Source: a virus
Taxonomy: Duplodnaviria > Caudoviricetes
Direction: 5' to 3' (one strand)
IMG/VR virus record: IMGVR_UViG_3300025121_000013
DNA length: 64,000 nt
Within the stretch, counting starts at the first letter, position 1; each line of letters opens with the position of its first letter. Position numbers and translations under genes: made by a program. The notes below the pieces were generated by a model. It had not been told where the DNA came from. It worked only from the letters and a program-made list of their open reading frames with translations, and did no database searches. This document shows positions 57,431 through 64,000 of the stretch, piece by piece.

Positions 57431-57842
57431 TTAAATATACAAACTATTTAATAGTATTTCTTCTTTTAATTTTATAGAGTTTTGATTATAAATTTCTGGA
57501 GAACGAGTTTTTAATCTTTCCATTAAAATTGAAATTTCTTCTTGAGTTATATTTTTATTAACAAACAATTTTAAATTTAATCCATTTTCTAAAATCTTTT
57601 TTCTATCAAAATTTATATTGAACTTTTCTCCTTCCAAAATTATATCCTGCATATATGTTGATAAAGTTTTTAGAGGAAACTCCGTAGTTAAGAAGGATTT
57701 AACACAAGGATGATTTTTACAACAATGTCCTTCACCATTTATTAATTTTTTTTAAAATTCCCTGGACTACAATTGAGTCATACCACAAACCTTGCAAACC
57801 TTTTTTATCTAGATATGATGGGTGAAAAGTCCATAATCTCAA
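57431..57842 (-). pseudogene. Pyrimidine-dimer DNA glycosylase family protein, split by +1 frameshift at A8
   Basis: TTG 57842: MRLWTFHPSYLDKKGLQGLW..ILKK; +1 frame LINGEGHCCKNHP..F..PL..Y...I..E...FD.KKI joins ORF 57431-57652. Confidence 0.7.
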
Positions 57843-58234
57843 AAGAATAAATATGAATATTTAAAGATCAAATACATGAGAAATAAATGGATTGTGTTAT
57901 CTGCAATTGTTTGAACCAAAGAAACAAATGATATGTTTATTTCAGTATGATATTTTTCTAAATTTAAAGGATTATCTTTAATGGTTTTCCATGATCGACT
58001 TTTAATTTTTGAAAGATACCACTCAATAAAATTCGTCCCATCTAAAATTGCATGAGAAATAAAAATTAAAAATAGAAATATAAGTCCATTATGAGATTTA
58101 TAATATGGACTTACAAAAATTAAAACTGATATAGAATATATCCAACAATGTAAAAGTAAATATTCTATCTTTTTCTTTTTAAAAAAAGCCATCTTATTTG
58201 TTTGAAAAAGATAATCTCCGAATAAATGCCCCAT
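57839..58234 (-). CDS. DUF3307-like membrane protein
   Basis: GHLFGDYLFQT..M..K; L.HC; ISHAILD; DNTIH. Confidence 0.75.
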   Translation of the reverse strand: MGHLFGDYLFQTNKMAFFKKKKIEYLLLHCWIYSISVLIFVSPYYKSHNGLIFLFLIFISHAILDGTNFIEWYLSKIKSRSWKTIKDNPLNLEKYHTEINISFVSLVQTIADNTIHLFLMYLIFKYSYLFF

Positions 58235-58260
58235 GATTAAAAGGAAGAAAAATTCTCCAT

Positions 58261-58590
58261 CTAACTTCGTTTCTTTTTCCTAATTTCATATCCGTGTTGA
58301 TCAGCAAGTTGTTTTAAAATTTTAATTTTATTATTTGATGGGGTATAATATAAATTTGCAATTGTTTGCCCCATGTTTCCACCAATAGAAATTATCTGTG
58401 TTACATCAGCATGTTCAGAAGATATCGCTGAAGCCGCATTTATAAAAATTCCAGAAGGAATGTCAACAATTTTTTCTTTCAAAACTGATAATTTTAAAAC
58501 TGCATGATATACCTTTTCTCCAAAATCTTTATCTTCTTTTATTTCATTCAAAGCATCATTTAAAACTAAGATACAAGAATTATAACCCAT
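58261..58590 (-). CDS. Hypothetical protein
   Basis: 109-aa ORF. Confidence 0.6.
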   Translation of the reverse strand: MGYNSCILVLNDALNEIKEDKDFGEKVYHAVLKLSVLKEKIVDIPSGIFINAASAISSEHADVTQIISIGGNMGQTIANLYYTPSNNKIKILKQLADQHGYEIRKKKRS

Positions 58591-58664
58591 CTTTTATATT
58601 ATCCCCTTTCAAATCACGACATTCTAAAAGAGTTTTTATCCTTTTTAAATTTGATATAATAATT

Positions 58665-58901
58665 TTATTTTTCAATTATTTCTTCCTTCTCTTTATGAAA
58701 TACACACCTAAATGTATCTTGAATATAAATTTTTTCTAAAGAAATTAAACTATAATTTTCTATCTGTAGAAGTTTTAAAAGTAATTCACAATGTCCATCA
58801 GATCTTGGGCCTTCATCTTTTTCAGTATTCATATTTATGTATCTACCTCTTTTAAATATAGAACATGTTTTACATTGCTTTTCATCCATTAAATTCTCCA
58901 C
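58665..58901 (-). CDS. Small Cys-rich protein
   Basis: CKTC..GHC..FRC. Confidence 0.55.
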   Translation of the reverse strand: MENLMDEKQCKTCSIFKRGRYINMNTEKDEGPRSDGHCELLLKLLQIENYSLISLEKIYIQDTFRCVFHKEKEEIIEK

Positions 58902-59145
58902 TTAAAAATAACTCAAGCACTTCTTCAAAAGGTATATTTTTATTTATTAATAATTTTTCAGCCTTCTGAACACATTCTTCAATTGTGTCTCCCTTAAAAA
59001 ATATTTTTGGACATGATGATTTTCCAATACCCAATGTCCATTCGCTTCCAGTATATTCTATTTCTTTCAAATTTTTTTGTAAGATCGTTCCAGGAACTCC
59101 TCCAACAATTTTTTCTAAATTTATGATCCTTTCTTCAAGATTCAT
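58882..59145 (-). CDS. Hypothetical protein
   Basis: 87-aa ORF. Confidence 0.55.
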   Translation of the reverse strand: MNLEERIINLEKIVGGVPGTILQKNLKEIEYTGSEWTLGIGKSSCPKIFFKGDTIEECVQKAEKLLINKNIPFEEVLELFLSGEFNG

Positions 59146-59154
59146 CTTCTTCTC

Positions 59155-59601
59155 CTAAGGTTCAAAGTTATCATATTTATATCTATATTCTTCATCCCAC
59201 CATCCATTTTTAATCATATAATCTGCACTTTCTTTATATTTTTCTTTCCAATTTAATCTAATAAAAATAACATCATTGATATTTAATTTTCCTCTGGAAC
59301 ATTGATCGACACTTCCTATGTGTTTGACCCCATCTATCAAAGATATTCCACAAATAACAAAACCGTCTGTTTCAGTACAAATAGTTGGGTGGCTATTACA
59401 AGCTAAATAAATCATTCCTGGAAAAATAATATTTTTTCTATTTCTATACCCAGACAAATAACAAAGTATATTTGTAAGAAAAACAATCAGATAATGAAAG
59501 AAATAGAATAAATTCGGATGTTTAAAATAAAGATTATTAACCTTATAATTAAGCCAATCTGATTGAATATGAAATATAAAAAATTTCAAAATCCTTTTCA
59601 T
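59155..59601 (-). CDS. Hypothetical protein
   Basis: 148-aa ORF with hydrophobic segment. Confidence 0.6.
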   Translation of the reverse strand: MKRILKFFIFHIQSDWLNYKVNNLYFKHPNLFYFFHYLIVFLTNILCYLSGYRNRKNIIFPGMIYLACNSHPTICTETDGFVICGISLIDGVKHIGSVDQCSRGKLNINDVIFIRLNWKEKYKESADYMIKNGWWDEEYRYKYDNFEP

Positions 59602-59939
59602 CCATTCTCTCCCTCAAACTTTTTCTTTAAATTTAAATATAATTCATATTGAACTTTTTTAACCCTATCTTCACTTTCTTTTGTTCTTTTTTCAAATTCA
59701 GCTTCACGTTTTTTTCTACGTTCAAATTCCAGATCCGTTTCTAAACTTTTAAATGTTATTCGATAGTTTCGTTCTTTTTCAGGATCATCATCTGTTTCTA
59801 AAAGATAATCAATTCCAAATCTATCAATTAAATTATTGACATATGCTAATAAATTTTTTAATGATAAAACTCTATATTCTTCTTCAAAATCTTCCATTGA
59901 AACATCAACTCTTCTTTCTACCATCAATCTTTCAGACAT
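59598..59939 (-). CDS. ETDEEF-motif family protein (copy B)
   Basis: FKSLETDLEFERR..YELYLNLKKKFE. Confidence 0.75.
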   Translation of the reverse strand: MSERLMVERRVDVSMEDFEEEYRVLSLKNLLAYVNNLIDRFGIDYLLETDDDPEKERNYRITFKSLETDLEFERRKKREAEFEKRTKESEDRVKKVQYELYLNLKKKFEGENG

Positions 59940-60744
59940 CTTTTTTTCCCCTAAACTTAGTTATCATGACACATCTATAGCAATTAGGAATAAAACAAGA
60001 ATGAAATTTTTTATTAAAATCTTTAAAACTTTCAAGAAAACTATTTTCCTTTATATCATTTTCTATATCATCAATCTCCCATAATCCAAAAGGACATTTA
60101 AAAATTATTCCTTTTTCATCAATTAAAAAACTATACTTTCTTATTGGATTTCGACAATAACAACTAAATTGAGAATATGGCCCTTCAAGGAAGAAAAATG
60201 ATCTTCCGATGGGAACAATTGAGTTTGAGCTTCCTTCTTCTTCAGTCGTAATTCTATAATTAAATTTATATTTTTTTAAAAGTTTCTCAGCTCTTTTAAC
60301 ATTTTTATTTGAATGCCACCTATCTTTAGAAACGGCTATTCTTAAATTTGTTTTAAATTCTTGAAGTTTATCAATAATATCTTCTCCAAAATCTCCATTG
60401 GTAACTAAACGAACATTTGTGTTCATAGTGATATTTCTAATTATTTCTAACCAATTTGGATTACAAGAAAATTCACCACCCATTAAATTCACAGTTGATA
60501 TTTCATATTTTTTCAAAAATTCAGAGATTTTTTCAGACATTAAAATTGACATGTGACTTTCTTTTTGAGGAGAACACTCATAACAACAATGTGAACATTC
60601 TTGAGTACATTTCAAAGTCATTCTAACCGTGGGTTGTAAAATTCTATAACATGTATCGAACCTTTCACATGTTTCACAATTACAAGAAAATGGGGTATTT
60701 GTTTTCTTACATTCTTCCTCAAAACAAAAGTCACATGTTTTCAA
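59932..60744 (-). CDS. Radical SAM protein with Cys-rich N-terminus and SPASM/twitch-like tail
   Basis: CTQECSHC, LMGGE, LVTNG; N-terminal CDFC..C..CNCETC..C; C-terminal C.C..KCP..C..CYRC. Confidence 0.85.
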   Translation of the reverse strand: MKTCDFCFEEECKKTNTPFSCNCETCERFDTCYRILQPTVRMTLKCTQECSHCCYECSPQKESHMSILMSEKISEFLKKYEISTVNLMGGEFSCNPNWLEIIRNITMNTNVRLVTNGDFGEDIIDKLQEFKTNLRIAVSKDRWHSNKNVKRAEKLLKKYKFNYRITTEEEGSSNSIVPIGRSFFFLEGPYSQFSCYCRNPIRKYSFLIDEKGIIFKCPFGLWEIDDIENDIKENSFLESFKDFNKKFHSCFIPNCYRCVMITKFRGKKDV

Positions 60745-61082
60745 ATTTTCGAATCCTTTTCAAACTTTTTCCTTAATCTTATATATTCTTTACGTTCGTA
60801 TTCTTCCTTTAATTCTTTTTCCCTTTTACATCTCATTTTAATTATCTCTTCTTTCCTCATTCTCTCTTTAAATTCATCATCAGTTTCCAACCGTTGATAT
60901 CTCAAGATAAGTCTACTATAATCCAACTCTGTTCTCGCATTTTCTCCAAAGTTTTTAATTAATTCATTTATTTTTATGATATTTTCTTTTAATGTATGTC
61001 CAATAAAATCATCTTGATCTAAATCTACAACTAAGGTGACAACTTCTTTTTCTGAAGAACATTTATTTTTATTTTTTCCCAT
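60741..61082 (-). CDS. ETDEEF-motif family protein (copy C)
   Basis: YQRLETDDEFKER..EYIRLRKKFE. Confidence 0.75.
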   Translation of the reverse strand: MGKNKNKCSSEKEVVTLVVDLDQDDFIGHTLKENIIKINELIKNFGENARTELDYSRLILRYQRLETDDEFKERMRKEEIIKMRCKREKELKEEYERKEYIRLRKKFEKDSKI

Positions 61083-61413
61083 CTATGATCTCCTTATCGA
61101 ACTCTTTTTTTAATTCCAAATATTTATTATACCGGTTTTTCCTTTCACGTTCTTGCATTTTATTTCTATAGATTTTAATTGATTCCTCGTCTTTTTTCCT
61201 TGCCTCAAATTCTTCATCTGTCTCAATTCTTTTATAAGATAATTCTATTGAACGATCATGTCCAGTCATATTTACTACAGCAGATTCTCCATATTTTTCC
61301 GAAAGATCCTCTACAGTTTTTATAATATCTTTTAAAGAGATGTTAAAAACATCATCATCCAGATAAATTTCTTTATATAAAAGTTTCTTTTCTTTTCTCA
61401 AAACGTCATTCAA
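61069..61413 (-). CDS. ETDEEF-motif family protein (copy D)
   Basis: YKRIETDEEFEAR..KYLELKKEFD. Confidence 0.75.
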   Translation of the reverse strand: MNDVLRKEKKLLYKEIYLDDDVFNISLKDIIKTVEDLSEKYGESAVVNMTGHDRSIELSYKRIETDEEFEARKKDEESIKIYRNKMQERERKNRYNKYLELKKEFDKEIIDGKK

Positions 61414-61476
61414 TTTTTAACTTCTCCTTTAGGATCTCTTTTTTCATTCTCCTTTGTTCCTTTCTTTTTTCAAATA

Positions 61477-62592
61477 CTATTCATAATCCCTTATCGCTAT
61501 ACCCGTAGCATGAACTGGAACTCCAGTTTCAGATCTTCCAATAAATCTAACCGTTAAAGGCAATCCCTTTAAAGATTGAATATTTTGGAGCCATGATTTT
61601 CTTAATTCTCTTGAACCTTTTGGTCTAACACTAAAAGTTTCTGAAGGATTGACGTCTAATTGTACTATAAAAATAACACAACCTTTTTCGACACCAGTTC
61701 CCTCTTCTCCACCAACAATCATAAATTCAGAATCTTCAAAAACTTTATATTTTTGCAAATCTTTATTTCTATAATCAAATGTGTATTGACCATTTATATT
61801 TCTTAAAATAATTCCCTCATACATTTCAGAAATAAATTTATCATGTAATTTTAACATTTCATTTTCATTATTTATTTTTATAGTTGGAACTTGAATTAAT
61901 TTTTTGAAATTTATTTTAGAAAATTTATTTGAAATATAATCTAATCTCTTCTCAAAATTCATTTTAGGAGCCAACTCAGCCATATCATAAATCCAATATT
62001 CAATCTCATTAGATGTTTCTCTTTGTTTCTTTACGTTTCTTATAATTTCTTGAAAACTCCATGTATGTTTATATAATTCCCCATCTCCAAATATATCAGA
62101 ACGTCCCTCTAAAAATTCACTTAATTCTTCATCTAAATGTTGAACCGTATTATATAATTTTCCATTTCTTGAAATATATTTTACTTTTTGTTTATCAATT
62201 AAATTTGAGATACTTCGAACCCCATTCATTTTTGGTTGGGCATAACATGGATAAACAATATGTCGTTTACTATTTTTATAATCTTGAGCTAACATAGGAA
62301 GATATAAAATCGAACCTATTTCAGGAGGATTATCTTCCTGATAGCCATGATCTTTTTTATTTGTCCAGGTTGATTGAGCCTCAGAAACCGCTTGCTCAAA
62401 CGGAGTTGTTTCATTCGATTTTCCAATATTTTTTCCTTCTGTAATTTCTTTTGCTGTGGTTATAATTTTCTTTCCTTGATAACCATGTTTTGTAATAATG
62501 GTTGGAACTCCATTTTTTTCTTCTACAAATATTTCCCATATTTTAACAAGATCTTTTGACGATCTACCATAAAGAATAGGAAAAGAAATCAT
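61477..62592 (-). CDS. ATP-dependent DNA ligase
   Basis: PMLAQ, AQPKMNGVR (KxxG), FGDGELY, YEGIILR, LQKYK, C-terminal OB (TVRF..G.P). Confidence 0.92.
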   Translation of the reverse strand: MISFPILYGRSSKDLVKIWEIFVEEKNGVPTIITKHGYQGKKIITTAKEITEGKNIGKSNETTPFEQAVSEAQSTWTNKKDHGYQEDNPPEIGSILYLPMLAQDYKNSKRHIVYPCYAQPKMNGVRSISNLIDKQKVKYISRNGKLYNTVQHLDEELSEFLEGRSDIFGDGELYKHTWSFQEIIRNVKKQRETSNEIEYWIYDMAELAPKMNFEKRLDYISNKFSKINFKKLIQVPTIKINNENEMLKLHDKFISEMYEGIILRNINGQYTFDYRNKDLQKYKVFEDSEFMIVGGEEGTGVEKGCVIFIVQLDVNPSETFSVRPKGSRELRKSWLQNIQSLKGLPLTVRFIGRSETGVPVHATGIAIRDYE

Positions 62593-62680
62593 ATGTATTC
62601 CGCCTTAGGTTTTGATTTTATAGGTGAAGTTAAAAGAAGTTTTTTAAAAGATTCTGATAAAAATTTTATACAATTAAATT

Positions 62681-63088
62681 CTAACATAGAGCCCATGTTA
62701 TAAGAATTTCATCATCTTCAAATAATGTTGTCCAACTGGAAACTGGTTTCCATTGATCTATTTTTTTAAAAGATTTTAAAATAACAATTTTAAATCCATA
62801 AGTTATTAAAAATAATCTAGTATATCTTATTAAATCCTTATAAATTTTAAAATCAAATTCAATTTCAAAAGAACATTTTGAACAAATTCCATCAAAAAAT
62901 TCAATATGACTATGTTCTTTATCTACATTAACATTAATGTTATTTTTACAAAAACAACACTTTATAATACAATCTTCAATAACATTTAATTCAATAAAAG
63001 TTTTTATATCAAAATCATTTAAAAAATTTATACAAGGTTCGGAACAAAATTTTTGTAAAATGCAATTATTGCAAGGAAACAACATCAA
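62681..63088 (-). CDS. Cys-rich array family, dispersed copy 32
   Basis: FPCNNCILQKFCSEPC + CCFC..CSKC. Confidence 0.8.
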   Translation of the reverse strand: MMLFPCNNCILQKFCSEPCINFLNDFDIKTFIELNVIEDCIIKCCFCKNNINVNVDKEHSHIEFFDGICSKCSFEIEFDFKIYKDLIRYTRLFLITYGFKIVILKSFKKIDQWKPVSSWTTLFEDDEILITWALC

Positions 63089-63930
63089 ACCTGAAGAAAA
63101 TATTTTTCATCAAATCCTCCTTGAATTCCTTTCCAAGAACTTGCAACTGCCTCTGATGTATGGATTGATTCCTCATGAGAACATTTTATGATCCAATCCT
63201 CTATCCCATCTATCGAATCGATTTTTTGAGAAATAACTCGAATTGCATCTTCAACAAAAATGGGATTTTCTGCTGCGATTCTAGCGATCTCTTGCTCATC
63301 TATTCTTTTGATTATAGGGTATGGCTGAGTTCGTATCGAGTTTTCGACAGTAAATATTAGATCCTCTAACCATATATAATTATTCTCTTTTATTTTTGCT
63401 ATGATTGATGAGAAAGATCTCTGTGCATGAGGAAAACCTTCTAAGCCATTATTTTTTAAATCTTTACATAATTCAGCAGAACATGGACAATATGAAGAAT
63501 ATTGAACTGTTACGCCCTGATAAAATGAAAATTTATCATCTAATAGATGCCCTTCAAACATACTTTTATAATATAAAGGAAATTCATTGTTTGAAATTGG
63601 AGATTTTTTAATAATAGGAAGTTTAAACTTAAATGTTAACATACTATTTTTTGTTTCAAGATTTTTTGCAATATCTTTTAAAATTTCAAGAATTAAAAAA
63701 TGTTTTAACGGTTTTCCTAAAAATGGTTTTAGGGTTAATAAAAGTCTTGACATGGAAATGCCTTTAATATCTTCTTTTAAATTTGTTTTTAAAGAAACTG
63801 AAGCTAAGACATCCGTATAACCACCTGATTTTAATTGAAGAATAAACGGAAGCTCAATATTTTCAACCCCAACCTGATTAATATATCTTTTAATCTCTGG
63901 CTCTGTTTTTTGAATGTCCGGCAGTGTCAT
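63085..63930 (-). CDS. folE2: GTP cyclohydrolase IB (FolE2)
   Basis: LPDIQ..I.QVGV, KGISMSR, YSSYCPCS, PHAQRS, FVEDA.R, EESIH. Confidence 0.92.
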   Translation of the reverse strand: MTLPDIQKTEPEIKRYINQVGVENIELPFILQLKSGGYTDVLASVSLKTNLKEDIKGISMSRLLLTLKPFLGKPLKHFLILEILKDIAKNLETKNSMLTFKFKLPIIKKSPISNNEFPLYYKSMFEGHLLDDKFSFYQGVTVQYSSYCPCSAELCKDLKNNGLEGFPHAQRSFSSIIAKIKENNYIWLEDLIFTVENSIRTQPYPIIKRIDEQEIARIAAENPIFVEDAIRVISQKIDSIDGIEDWIIKCSHEESIHTSEAVASSWKGIQGGFDEKYFLQV

Positions 63931-64000
63931 ATTTATACGCTCCTGATTTCATTGAGGAAGTTCTTCGTTAAACAATCATTTACCTTAAAACATAACAACT

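Noticed and set aside
1-64000. Genome-wide stop-codon reassignment
   Set aside because: TAA, TAG and TGA all terminate genes (many ATGA overlaps), and the long core genes have no internal stops.
1-64000. CRISPR array, tRNA, rRNA
   Set aside because: No regularly spaced repeats, cloverleaf or T-loop signatures, or rRNA-like sequence seen by eye.

Overview
Very AT-rich segment of a large T4-like (contractile-tailed, probably jumbo) phage genome, standard genetic code. (1) 2-430: end of the tail sheath gene. (2) 492-14600, minus strand: a translationally coupled array of 31 paralogous ~100-140 aa Cys-rich genes (N-terminal CX2CX5CX3C or variant, then CxxC..CxxC, then a variable tail). Six copies are broken, one by a TGA exactly at a conserved Cys. 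The array also carries a methyltransferase, a metallophosphoesterase, an exported protein, two hexapeptide acyltransferases and a SemiSWEET, and it sits between the sheath and tube genes. (3) 14813-36089: late virion module with tail tube, four paralogous single-TM Cys-pair proteins, gp26/gp51/gp25/gp6-like baseplate, tube initiator, tape measure, terminase and hub, under a recurrent AGAACAAA(A)TATAAA promoter-like motif. It includes several candidate programmed frameshifts and a candidate structured RNA next to the terminase promoter. (4) 36209-63930, minus strand: accessory and metabolic genes, namely two RNA ligases, HD-kinase, two radical SAM enzymes, MqsA-like protein, NADAR, macrodomain, type IV pilin-like protein, PurA-like/vWA/J-domain cluster, nucleotidyltransferase, PolB-like mini protein, heptose-7-P kinase, frameshifted pyrimidine-dimer glycosylase, DNA ligase and FolE2. 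I saw no tRNA, rRNA, CRISPR array, integrase or reverse transcriptase. All family calls come from motifs read by eye, not from database searches.
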